Position numbers and translations under genes: made by a program. The notes under the pieces were generated by a model. The model was given only the letters and a program-made list of their open reading frames with translations, did not search any database and was not told where the DNA came from. A DNA stretch of 20,000 nt, from positions 50,777-70,776 of the forward strand of contig JAPETS010000072.1 of the NCBI GenBank assembly GCA_026023565.1. The letters run 5' to 3'. This document shows, piece after piece, positions 1-11,341 of the stretch (its first letter is position 1; each line of letters opens with the position of its first letter). This DNA comes from Cirrosporium novae-zelandiae (taxonomy: Eukaryota).

Positions 1-479
1 GGACAGGACCCTCCTTGACATTTAAGCAGATTCCGAATCTCGCTTTCATATTTCCCTTTCTTAACGAAATGTTTATCCGGATCAACGTTCATCGAGGGAA
101 GCGAAGAAAGAATTGTACTAAGATTTTCTGAATCATCTTCGTACGGCTCCGGTAGCTTTGGTACATTTTCAAGCTGGCTGATATAGTTGCCGACAATCTT
201 GTAGTCACCATTCAATAATGGCAGGTCCTGGCGTAAACGAAGGATATCACCAGAGAGAGTACCTGGAAGGTCAGCCAGCTGAATGCATTGACCTTGAGGC
301 CTGCCGTCGTCATACCAATATGTGTGGTACATGACGTTTTCAATCATATCCACGCTTTGTTCGATTACGGATCGGCCAGCGGGTGGAACTAAGTGGGTTG
401 TCTCCCGCAATTCCATATATTCAGCTCGGAGACGGTGGACTTCTTTAGTGAAATTATCATTGGGAACGTTTCGGCTCAT
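1..479 (-). CDS. 5' part of a fungal protein kinase-like gene, truncated by the window edge
   Basis: Seen: ATG at 479 opens 159 codons without a stop to the edge (MSRNVPNDNFTKEVHRLRAEYMEL...VDPDKHFVKKGKYESEIRNLLKCQGGSC). It is absent from the ORF track because no stop lies in the window. Inference: HFVKK...SEIRNLL resembles the beta3 Lys and alphaC Glu of a kinase N-lobe. The catalytic loop would lie outside the window. Confidence 0.7.
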   Translation of the reverse strand, partial: MSRNVPNDNFTKEVHRLRAEYMELRETTHLVPPAGRSVIEQSVDMIENVMYHTYWYDDGRPQGQCIQLADLPGTLSGDILRLRQDLPLLNGDYKIVGNYISQLENVPKLPEPYEDDSENLSTILSSLPSMNVDPDKHFVKKGKYESEIRNLLKCQGGSC

Positions 480-1146
480 AACTGCACCGTAGACAGCTGC
501 TAAGTTGTGTGTGAGCGGGAGATATTTAATAGGGAAATTTCATTAATTCACTTTCTATACTTTTATTATGCCTCGTAAGAGAAAGCTGTGGATTCTGCGT
601 TGTAATCAATACAAAATGATTCCTTGAGGCAGTGATTCTTATTATGTGTAAGGATGTAGAATAAATCTATGAAAAACGTGCCATCTATATACGGATGCTT
701 CGCACGGATAATTCCGGAACATCATTATAACGGTGTCGGTCAGTCTAAAAACCTTCCCCTTCTTCTTCTTCTCCTTCTGAGTCACTTGACTGCTTTTCAA
801 TAACTATTATGTTTTTTTTTGTTTTTGTGTTTCATTTTAGTTAGTCAATAAGTTTCTCAGCGCCGTCAGTTGTGTTGTGTTGTGTGTGTCGATCTAAACC
901 TAAAGCCTTTCCCGGACCTTCTCTTTTTTTTTTTACCTCCTACGTCTACCTCTACTTCTTATGCTTCTCCTTTTCCAATTCCCATTCTATATTTTTCTAA
1001 TATCTGTTACTTGGTTACTAAGTAAGTTCCTCACTACCGTTGCCGTTGTGTTGGTTCTACCAGTTCCGTACCCATCTATCTATTTATCTATCTTTTCTTT
1101 TAGGTAGCTAGATAAAAGGTGAAGGATATATCAACCATATCCAGAA

Positions 1147-1164
1147 ACACACACACACACACAC
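1147..1164. repeat. (AC)9 microsatellite
   Basis: Directly visible. Confidence 0.95.
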
Positions 1165-1368
1165 TGATTGCTACATACCAATATATACGTATACCAGTAA
1201 CCATGACGTGGCCAATCAATCAACCACTAATTATCCATCCCCTCCCCTCTCTGACCCAAACCCAACTTGGTTATTTATTTATTTATGTATAGACATCTGG
1301 GAATATTGATATATTAATATGCTTAGGGCTAAGATAGATGGATGGATGAGATGAACTAAAGGGGGTGA

Positions 1369-1397
1369 GGGAAAGGGAAAGGGAAAGGGAAAGGGAA
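1369..1397. repeat. (GGGAAA) x about 4.8 microsatellite
   Basis: Directly visible. Confidence 0.95.
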
Positions 1398-2284
1398 GAG
1401 AGGGAACGAAGACGGATGGATGGAGGACTTGGATAAAAATATCGAATCAAAGATCCTCCTCCGATACCTTACTATCCCACCCCTAAGTCCCTTCTCTTTA
1501 TCTTCACTCCTTGTATTTAATTCTCGTAGTTTCCTTCTTTCTTTCTTTCTTTTCTTTTCCTTCTACACCATGATCATGACCATGACATGCACATTATATG
1601 TATATGACCCATGACTCGTAGTGGGGGCTCGGGGGAGCGAGAGAACGAATGAATTTTATATTTATATTTATATCTGTGCTTTTTTGGGGCGGGGGTATAG
1701 GTTTAGGGGTTAGGGTTTAGTTATAATGGAGAGAATGGGGAATGGATAAGGCTAAAAGCGAAGGAAAAGTGAAATGGAGAAGAGGAGTGAGGTTGGAGGA
1801 GGGTGGAGGATTGGTAATAAGGAATGAATAGATATAATGGATAGTTAGTCCAGTCCGCCGTTTCTGTTTCCTCTATTAATCGATTCCCTCACCTCACATA
1901 CATAGATATATATGATAAGAGATCTCCTCTCCTTATCCAGTTTCAATGTTAATTCTCAAAAATACTTATGCTCGTACTGTATTAGTACTAGATATCTCTC
2001 TTGCCTCTCGTATTTCGAACAGCGGATTGCGTGTCGGGAGGGGAAGGGAGAGGGATGGAGGGAGGGAGGAACAGGTTTTGGGATTTTGAGATTGGGATTT
2101 GGGTTTGGGGAAATAGTGTGGACTGGATGGACTGGACGGTGGGATAGGGGGTAGGAGCTAGGGAAGGGTAAAGGGGTGGTGTAGGGGCTTGAACGAAGAC
2201 GAGACTAGGTAAGACTCTTTTGAGGTAAGAGGTTTGATGTAATGGGCCTTTTTTATTCGGTAGATGAGCTGAGAGGATTTGATG

Positions 2285-2309
2285 TGATGGTGATGGTGAT
2301 GGTGATGGT
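2285..2309. repeat. (TGATGG)4 microsatellite
   Basis: Directly visible. Confidence 0.95.
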
Positions 2310-3215
2310 CTAGGATGAGATGGAGGTACTGTCATTTTGCCATTCTGCTATTTTTTTTATTTTATTTTTATTTTTTAATGTGAAGAGGAGAGGAGCCAAC
2401 TGACCTATAAGAAAAATATTATAATCTATCATCTGTAATATGTGTGTATCTCTTATCCCTAACCTTATCTTATCCTATTCCTTTTTTTTCTTTTCTCATA
2501 TCCACTTTCCATCCAGATCCACGTACAACCAAGATCAGCCTTTTCATATTTATATCTATATCTGGTTTGATTTTTTTGGTAATGATTTATTGCTCGGGAA
2601 TGGAGTCGGACTGTGTGGGTAGGTAGGGAGTTTGCGGAGGTGGTTTGACACAGGTGAGACGGTTACTATGTATGGATGAATGGGTTAATGGTTTAATGGT
2701 TTGGTTTAGGAGATTGGGATTGGGATTGGTACTTGGACCTACTTACTACATTCCATTCTGACCTATACATACGAACCAGACCCAGGATCCGGACTCGAGA
2801 AGGTAAACCGGAACCCAGGACCTCCTCTTTGTTTCCATGTTTAATTCGAAATTCGGAATTCGAGATGTCGGTGTCGATTTCAGTGTCGGTGATCCTGGAG
2901 TAGGTGCAAGGTTTAGTGTATACATCTACCTACCTACCCACCTATCCACCTGCCTGCCTATCTGTCTGCCTGGCGTTGCCGTTAGTGATATACGAAGAAG
3001 CTCGAAACCAGAAAAGAAAATAAGATCGGGTATGAGACCAGAGAGAAGGAAGGGCGTACGAGGAACGAGGAATTGAATGAAAGTGAAGTGAGGTATTATT
3101 ATAGGAAGGGTATGACAAAACTGTGGTGGGCAAGATAGATGGAACGGACGTTAGGTGTTGGATCTAACAATCTAACAATTTATCTAACGAACGGACTCCT
3201 AAACCACAATCCTCC

Positions 3216-4214
3216 TTAGCGTTACAACGCCTGGGATATGGGTTTTTGATGTATAAGCTTGTTATTTGAGCTTAGAAACACAAGCAAGCTTATTCGTGCT
3301 TATTGATTGCGCAATTGGTGAATATAAGAGGGGAAACCCCTAAACTGAGGGTAAACCTAAGGAATCCTAGGGGGCTGGGCTGGGCTGTAGCCTAGGATTG
3401 TTGAATAGGGGATATAAAGTCCAAAATCTTATGGATATTGTGGGGATATCAATGTAAAGGCCTAGTGGGGGATTGAGGAAAAGAATTGATAGGAGGTTTC
3501 GAAGGGGCCTTGAGGGGCTTAGCTGAGGCCTTGGTTGGGGTAGGCTTTTTGGTAGGGGCCCTAGGAAGCTTCTGGGGGGCCTAGGGGTTGCTAGGTCCTA
3601 GAGGTTCTCACAAAGCTCTATTAAAACGAAGGTCTTTGCAAGCAATGCCTGCAATTGAGGGGGTGATCTAGGGCTGGGGGGGTGGTCGAAGGTCGAGGTT
3701 TGAGCGGTACAGGTGGTGATGCAGCAATTGCGATAGTCGCTGCAGGAGGCGACTAGGCTTTTTTAGGGAACTAGGGCTAAGACAAGGGGTCGAGGTTTGT
3801 ATTGCGTAAGTTCCTTTTCTTATACAATTGTAGGTGAATACCAGGTTTTGAAAGCTAGTAAATGACACAGTGCTGTTTGGGAGCGGAACCATGGTTAGGG
3901 CACGTAGTAGTCGAGCTCGGGGGGGGGGAGCTTCTAGAGTTGGTATATTAGTTTTTAGAGCTTCTAGAAGACCTGGCTGCAGGTGGTGCAATATTCGAAC
4001 CAGAGTTTGTGGGGGTGATCGAGGCTTGGGAATCAGGCGTGTTAAGCATAGAAGTTGCAAAATATGTTCTATGGAGCGTATTGCGATAGTTGTATGCCAA
4101 CTTTTGCAACTGGGCCCTGTTTAATGCGTATACCCCCAGTTTAAAGGTTTTTATTTCTAATATTTCTATGCATTCTTCGTTTATACATCACTCGTACGAC
4201 CTGTGGGAGTCCAT
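3216..4214 (-). pseudogene. RIP-inactivated reading frame (about 330 codons, Pro/Gln/Ser-rich), probably from a repeat or transposon
   Basis: Seen: ATG at 4214 in strong context (TTCAAAATGG). One frame reads MDSHRSYE*CINEECIEILEIKTFKLGVYALNRAQLQKLAYNY...ASITPTNSGSNIAPP...*QPLGPPEAS*GPYQKAYPNQGLS*APQGPF... with about 16 TAA/TAG stops and one TGA. The stops sit in Gln-rich context and CTAG/TA are conspicuously frequent. The 3' end is uncertain. Confidence 0.6.
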
Positions 4215-4258
4215 TTTGAAAGCCTAGTTGCGGTACTAGGTTGGGGGTTTGGTGTGAG

Positions 4259-4485
4259 GCTTGGTACAAAGCTCGGAGGGATTTATAAAGAGGCTCTCTG
4301 TCTAGCTAGTAAAATACCAGGGAAACTGAGGTTCGGTCGACGGAGGGAGGGAGGGGTAAGGTATGGAAGCTCAAGGGAGCTTGAACGGAGGCTCGGTGGG
4401 AGATTGTCGTCGAGAGGCTCTCAAGTTAGCTATTAAAATAGTAGGAAAGTTGAGGTTCGGTCGATGGAGAAAAGGAGGAGTACAG
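4259..4485 (+). repeat. Degenerate tandem duplication, period about 124 bp, with weaker copies out to about 4700
   Basis: Seen: gaggctctctgtctagctagtaaaataccagggaaactgaggttcggtcgacggag from 4290 versus gaggctctcaagttagctattaaaatagtaggaaagttgaggttcggtcgatggag from 4414. Confidence 0.8.
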
Positions 4486-5209
4486 GAAGGATCTCAATTT
4501 GATTAGCAAAATATTAAAAAAATTAGATTCAAAGGTCTGACGGTGAACAAGATATTAACTTGGTGGGTGAAATAGAGATAGATGCGAAATCAAAAGGTGA
4601 GAGGGGCGGAAGCCGGGTAAGCAGACAAGTTGTTCTCCACAAGCTGTTAAGGAGGAGGCCTCACTTTTGCTAACAAAATTCTAGCAAAGCCAAAGTCAAG
4701 GTTGCAAGGATCAGAGTAGAAAAGGCAAAGGTTTTATGGAATATTCTTTCATTGAAGAACATGACATGTCTACACTATTTGAGTTCTAGTAACAGAACTA
4801 CCTATGACACTACGAAACTGAAGCCCCAGAAAGAAAGAAAAAAGTCTTATAGTTGTTAAATCAATGGGAATGAGAAGCAAAACAATAATGCCATTGACTG
4901 TCTAGGTAAACAAATACTTTTCCCATTCATTTCTTTCTCCAAAACAAACAAATACAAAATGCTTTTCTTTTATACCCCCCTCTCCACCTCCCCACCGATC
5001 ACACTTTTCTATGCAACATGCAAGATGGGCAGAAAGCTGAACTAACTTCCCCATCCCATACACAACCGTTGCCGTTCGACGTCAAGCACGAATAGCAAAA
5101 GACAGACATACAAAGATAAAGGCCTAAATCTCAAAAAGAGAGAAAGAGTTGAGGCCATACACCACCCCGTAGCTGGCTCCTTCGAAAGAAAACGAACCAC
5201 CCTCTCATC

Positions 5210-5504
5210 TTAATGACTACTCTTCCCCTTCCCATTTCCCTTTCCGTGTTCTCTCCTCCACTTCCTGTGTTCCTCTTCTTCTCTACACGTCCCTATTGAA
5301 CAAATCAGTCCCCCATCCCCCCAAAAAGCCCACATCCCCAAACAAAATAAAAAAACACTCACCACACATCCTCTCCAAATCATACAACTCCTCACTCACG
5401 TTAGGCTCACACCGCACCCCCGTCTGCACGTATTGTAAACACCAAGCCTTTATCCAATATTGAGCGTGGCCGCATGAGTATTCGACTCTTTTGTGGGAGC
5501 ACAT
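5210..5504 (-). CDS. 74-aa Cys/His microprotein (MC-x8-CGH type), putative zinc binder; exons 5504-5363 and 5292-5210
   Basis: Seen: ACCATG start; 70-nt intron 5362-5293 (GTGAGT...CTGAT...TAG). Spliced product MCSHKRVEYSCGHAQYWIKAWCLQYVQTGVRCEPNVSEELYDLERMCGTCREEEEHRKWRREHGKGNGKGKSSH. Splicing joins two track ORFs and creates the terminal CxxC. It resembles, from memory, a widespread uncharacterised ascomycete family. Confidence 0.85.
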
Positions 5505-5740
5505 GGTTGGTGGGGGGGATGGGGGTGGAGAGGGGTATGGGTTTGGGCTTTTCAAGTTGAACCTGGATCTGAATCTGGTCGGGTGAGGGTTCTGATGACG
5601 AGTGAGGCCGTGTCTGTGGTGGTTGCAGTGGTGGAAAAAAAGTATGGAGAGTATGGAATATGAGAGAAGGAATGCTGGATGCATGTGCGTGTATGTGCGT
5701 GTGAAGAGGGAGAGAAAAAATGAGGTTGGAGGGTTGAATG

Positions 5741-5748
5741 TTTATATA
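5741..5748 (-). promoter_or_regulatory. Candidate TATA box (TATATAAA) of the microprotein gene
   Basis: Consensus match about 240 nt upstream of ATG 5504, followed by pyrimidine-rich sequence on the minus strand. Confidence 0.55.
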
Positions 5749-6490
5749 GTATACTATTTCGTCGGAACTGATAACTGGTATAACCAATAAGTGAGTGAGT
5801 GGTGAGTGAGTGAGGCTGATATATCACCATAACATTATATCGCACAAACAGACAAACAAATAAACTGGGCGTTCGTATTCACCAATGGCCCATCCACAAA
5901 GGCAAGCCTACTGAAAAATCTTTTTCTTCTCAAAAACCCAATCAGTCAAATCAGTTAGTTCAACGTTAATGAATCGGAACTACTTAACAGCATCAACCCT
6001 ACTGTGTCCCGCTACCCTTACTCCTTATTAGGGATTTGGAATTGGAACACGAATATGCACTCCTTGTCCTGCATCCCGCATGCCCTGAAAAAAAGGAGAG
6101 AGAGAAAGAGAGAGAGAAATGGATGGATGAGTGAGCGGGTGAGTGAGGCGGATGAGTGGATAGGAATTCATCCGTGAAGTTAGACATGATGTTAAGGATA
6201 TTAAGATGTTAAGATGCATGGCATGTACGCCCGAGAAATGAGGAAGGAGAACTTTGTTCAGCTTTCATCTACAGCAGTTCCAGTTTTGGTTTTAGTTCTA
6301 GTTCTATCTAGCTGCACGGAGTAGGGCATAAGGCATAGATGAATGGATTGGATGGGACATAAGCACCAGCCAACCAGCCAACCAACTGAACAAACAAAAC
6401 AAAACACATATATTACCCCTGGATCCTGAATTCTAATCCACTCAGTCTCGCCGATCTCCTCGATCTCCCCGACTTTCTTCCTTCTAGAAC

Positions 6491-6554
6491 ACCCGCTGAG
6501 CCTCTAGTTTCTTCTTTCCATTCCCCTTCCCGTCCTTCTAGAAGCTCAGCGGGT
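6491..6554. repeat. 17-bp inverted repeat with a 30-nt loop
   Basis: Seen: acccgctgagcctctag (6491-6507) and ctagaagctcagcgggt (6538-6554), 16 of 17 complementary. Confidence 0.85.
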
Positions 6555-9500
6555 AATCCCAAGCCACCAATTCCATTCCCACTTCCATGTGCATCCTATC
6601 CATCTATCCAATCCGCTCTTCGAGGGGACTTTCCGTTTCTATGGGAATGGGGTTTCTTTCGAGTCGTTATCCGTGCTGCAGTAATAGGGTTTGGTTTTTT
6701 AGTGATGGGAAGAAGGAGCGGTAAGGGGTAAAGGAGGGGGGGATGAGAGGGTTTTATCTCCTTTCCTATTCTATGTGAGCCTCTATGAACCTGTGTGAAA
6801 GGTAGGTGAATGAATGAATGATTGATTGATTGACGGGATTACCCGGATACGTTAATGAGATGTGAGAGCTTCTCGTACGGGCTGACTGGCTAGCTAGCTA
6901 GCCACCTTACCTTCGTATTCGATTTGATATCAGGCTTCAAATTAGGAAGGAAATGGAAAAAAAGGAAAGAAAGTAATAGGAAAGGAGGGAAGCCATACAT
7001 GTACATACGGTAGGTAGCAGCACACATAATGGGTACATAGTAAATAGTAACACTAGCAGTAAGAGATATAACTATAGCTCCCATAGTTCCTTAAAAAACT
7101 ACAACTAGAACTAGAACTAGATAAAAATAATAATAAAACATAAATATTGAATTTGAGCGCCTCTACTTTGCTTTATTTTTGCTCTTTTTTACTACTACCT
7201 GTATAACCGTTACCCATTAACGGTTTAATTATAAAGGGTTCAGAGGATAAAAGAGATTGGTAGGTTAATTTCGGGGGTTTTTTTGAAAGAGGGGAGATGA
7301 GATAGGGTATATGGGATATGGGTTCGGTATGAAAGTGTAATAAGAAGGTGGAAGAAGGGGTGGAGTGAGTGAGCGAGCAAGTACCTTACTAGGTAAGGAA
7401 GTAAAATCAGTGGGTGAGTGAGTGCTTATGTCCCCCTTCTGAAAAATTCAAAAACCAAGCCCAAGTAGCAATAGCAACAATAAAAACCCTAACATTTCCA
7501 TTTCCATTTCTATTTCTTATTCCTTATCTTATGCCATGCCAATTATTACTTTAGTATGTATATATGAACACTGTATTTGGAAAACTTTAAAGAAAAAAAC
7601 CTTTTATTTTTGCTTTGGGAAAAGTTTGGTTAGCTTGACTAGGTTGATATTCTCTCTACTGCTCTGTAAGATAGATTCAGATCCTAGATATCAGGGATAT
7701 TTGGATTTATTTTTGGACTGGGTTGGAGGGGGAGATTGAAAAAAGTAAAAGGATTAGATAGATCTATAGAATTGAAGCTCGAAGCGCGCGAGTATACCCC
7801 CCCTCGCCTCAAAACAATAACGAGCGTCGTAGTCGCCCGTTTGACTTATTATAGACTCTCTCTCCTCTCTCTTGCCCCCAGCTAATCACACTCATCCTAT
7901 CCGGCGATATAATATAATAAATACCTCAATGCACGTAAGTTATTCTGGAAACGGAAACGTCTAGAAAACAACGGGTTGAGGTTGCTGAGGGGAAGTTGTT
8001 TGTTGTTGGAGAGTTGGAGAGTTGGAGAGGGGGGGTTTAAGGTTAAGGTTTGTGGTTTGTGGTTTGTGGTTTGGGGTTTGAGTTTGAGTTCTAAATTTGA
8101 GGTTGGTTGTGGGGTAGAGTATGGGTGAGGAGGAGAGAAGAGGAGAGAGATATTCGGGCTCAGGCTCAGGTGAGGAGATAGATATCTATTATGGTTTATG
8201 TTATCCCGATGCTATATCCAAATACCAGTTTGGTTTGGTTTGGTTCGATTTCCCAAGAAGCGCTAGTGGCTTGGTCACACTGGTTATTAGGGTTCTTCTA
8301 GAAAAGAAAATTGTTTGATTCTAGTGTGAAGGGTAGATAGGTGGATTCCTTGATTTTCTAAACTAGGTATAGGTATATGTGTAACTGGAAGCGGAGGTGG
8401 AGGTGGGAAAATTCTCGATATAGATATGGTGGGTGGTGTTGTTGGCTGCTTCGAATGACGATGCGGATGTAGATTGAGACTGGGATCGGGAAAAAGAGGA
8501 GAAGAAGAGGCGTGTAGTGGTCTGCTTTAGTTTAGGCCGCCGTTAGAAAGTTAGAAAAAAAAGGGGGCTGTGGGGTTGTTCATTCCCATCCATCCAACTA
8601 TCCATCTATTTATCCACCCATCCATGCTGGAACCAGGCACTTCTTCGATTCTTCGATTCTTCGATCGATTGATCGATTGTTCGATAGGTTAAGATCAGAT
8701 GAGATGGGATGGGATGGGGTGGCTCCGTCCGTTCGAATGTTCGTTGACGCGGGGAAGGTGCTTGCTAATTATCTAGTTGGAGGAAAGCTGATGGCTGATC
8801 TAGACCTGAACCAACCTAATAATCGGGTCGTGCTTGTTCTTGTTTTTTTGTGTCTTATACTTCTATACTTTCACAGCCAAGCCAAACCAGCGCCAAGCTA
8901 AGGCCAGGCAAAATAGTATGCAATTTGAGTTTTTTCTTTCTTTTGGGTTTTTTTTTCTCTTTGGTTACACGAGAAGGAAGGATAAATGGATATATCAGGC
9001 CGGTCTGGGACTAGGGAAATATGGAATATGCATGTGAGATTTGAATTTTTTTCTTTCTTTCTCTTTTTTGGGGTTTGAATGGCTGGCTGGGGTGTCCTAG
9101 CTGAGCCGGGTGTTGGGTGTTGGTGAGATTGGGGAATTAATGGAAAGGATAAGTGGATTAGATCATGGTTGTAATGGAGAAATGGGGGAGAGGGAAAAGG
9201 GCATGGATGTATATGTATACGCAAATGAATGAGAACGCGTGCACCCTCCCCCTCTCCTCTCCTTTGCAGACTTTTACAACCCTGGTCTGGTCACTCACCC
9301 ACGCCGCGGGTGCAAGTGTAACATACATCTATCGTCTAGGCTATGGCGTGTGGGGAATGGCTTGAGGGGGAAGGGAGGGGTGAATAGTTAGTGGAAACCT
9401 CCGAGAGCGAACTTGGAACTTGGATTTGGAACTTGGATGTATTTACGATTTAATGCCTGGGGATATGATAAGTGCAATTTCTTGGTTAATATTAATGGTC

Positions 9501-9686
9501 GAGATGACTGGCAACTCGTATGGTATGCTGCGGGTTCTGCATTAAGTATTTCCATCAGCGATGTTCGTCATAGCTTAGAAGTGACGTGTAGACAATAAAA
9601 TGAATCATCATTATCTCAACTAGCTTGTTACTGTAGCAGAAGGCTGTCGTAATACTGCATATAAGCTAAATCCATTCGTTCATAGA

Positions 9687-10738
9687 TCACACCAGCGCCG
9701 ATTCGCCTACAACAAGACCAGCTTCGTCATCATTGCTAGGAAGTCCAATGCACGAAAAATCCAAATCATTATTACCCGATTTCTTCCTCACGCCGGTATT
9801 GTTTGCTTTCGCCCTGGTTCCAATATGTACTAGTTTCACCTTTGCATATAATCCAATCATTGGGAGGCGAGTAGCGTATAAGCTAGCACACATTTGCATA
9901 ATCTATTATCGAGTTACTCTATCAATGTTCGTCCCAAGAACCCGGAATCCAACCTACCGAAAAAGACTGTACGAGTCCTCCTGCAATTTCATTTTTCCAA
10001 CCAAGTGCCAAGCACAGTGACGATGGGCAGGCAATCAAAAGGCATAGGGAGATACTGGCAAATAAAAAATGGAAATTATGACGCGTGGTAGTGGTGGCGG
10101 CAAGAGGTTCAGAAGGCCTGGAAACAAATTGCCAAAGAAGTAGGTAATATCCAATACATAAGAAAAAGTATGAGCTATAATAGGCGGTGATCATCGCGGT
10201 TAGAGCAGTATTTTTCGGAATGGCGGTAGCCGCACTGTTTATGACGTAAATTAGATGTCGTTTCAGCTGAGGGGGTGGTTGGATTTAGGGCTGTACCTGG
10301 AAATAATCCAGACTATTTCGAAAAATATCAAAAGACATAAAGGAACAAAAATCCATTGGCTGTAATAAGATTGGCCGAAACTTTCCCATAGCCGCTCAAG
10401 CTCATATGCTAAAAGTATGGGTACGTAAGAAAGCATCAACGAAAAATATAGACGCTGGATGATTGTATTGTCTATTCAATCAGAGCGTTACTATGTTACT
10501 ATAACTGTAGGGGGAGGGTTCTCTTACCATGGCTAACTTTGCCAAGCTGCATGATGTTGAGCACAAGCAGTGCAATAGAGAGAAGGAGGAGGAATATAGG
10601 CAACCCATATCGAATCATGCGGTGAGAGCGTGACAGTGTTTGACGAGGCGGCAATAACACGACACCTACTAGTAGAAGGATCGTGCATAGAAGAGTGACC
10701 ACAAAGGGTGCTAAACATGAAGGGTTCAAGGAAGGCAT
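9687..10738 (-). CDS. 292-aa predicted seven-transmembrane protein; exons 10738-10528, 10471-10297, 10234-9958, 9902-9687
   Basis: Seen: three GT-AG introns of 56, 62 and 55 nt with branch-like motifs (CTGAT, CTAAT, GTAAC) join three track ORFs and an unlisted exon in frame (879 nt). About seven hydrophobic stretches are followed by a polar C-terminal tail. Family not recognised. Confidence 0.85.
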
Positions 10739-11341
10739 AGCGTCCCAATTTTCTCAATCAATGGGTGGAGACGTGGTAGAAAAAATAGGTAGAAAGGGGT
10801 AGGTAATGGACAGAAACTGGGCAAAACAGTTGAGCTAAGCAAAAGGTTTCAGTGTCCAGAGCCTGTATATATAGAAAAGCCAAGGAAACAAGCAATCATT
10901 GAAATCGATGCAGCTTTCTACAAAACTAGGATCTCAACCAGGAAAACATGCATCCCGATACTATGGGCATTCGGTCCGAGTACAGTAATTACATACATAT
11001 TAGATGATTGAGTGCCAAAACGACAAGAGATTTCCGATGATCGAAGCCACATTTTCCATCATGGGATTCTGGCAGAAAAATTCGAGCAGATGATGCATAA
11101 GAAATAACGAATGCATAACAACAACATTATGAGGGATACTTGCTTTTAGTTTGAATTTCTGATAGGATAACGGAAGTGGGTCAAGATTCCGTCTATCTAA
11201 CCGAAAAAGGACATTCTCATCGTAGATACTCCACGAAAAGTCCATTTCTAGTTAGTGCTATATAAGTAGGCGGAGATGCCGCTACTCGCCCATTATCATC
11301 CCCAAAATTCATAAACCGACTCCTCAATTTATTCCTCAATA
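10739..11341. promoter_or_regulatory. 603-bp divergent promoter region
   Basis: Seen: TATATATA at 10866-10873 (about 130 nt before ATG 10738, -) and TATATAA at 11259-11265 (about 80 nt before ATG 11342, +). Confidence 0.6.

Noticed and set aside
706..717. CGG-N6-CCG Zn2Cys6-type site upstream of the kinase-like gene
   Set aside because: A short motif expected by chance, with no independent support.
1699..1720. Telomere-like TTAGGG sequence
   Set aside because: Two to three imperfect units, within the background of this G-rich low-complexity region.
1988..2335. 115-aa Pro/Ser-rich minus-strand ORF
   Set aside because: Built largely from G-rich microsatellite-like sequence, with no motif or convincing gene structure. 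It cannot be fully excluded.
3213..3420. Possible solo LTR or Helitron end (cgttacaacg hairpin)
   Set aside because: No TG...CA termini, no second copy and no target-site duplication. The stem is only about 5 bp, and the segment reads as part of the decayed ORF.
3668..4124. Track ORFs 3668-4060 (-) and 3870-4124 (+)
   Set aside because: Alternative frames overlapping the RIP-decayed frame, with non-ATG starts.
6538..6560. Resemblance to the 5' region of 28S rRNA (ACCCGCTGA)
   Set aside because: Only a short match, with no flanking rDNA similarity.
5407..9600. Numerous 60-126 aa ORFs in the intergenic region
   Set aside because: Translations of low-complexity tracts without coding character.
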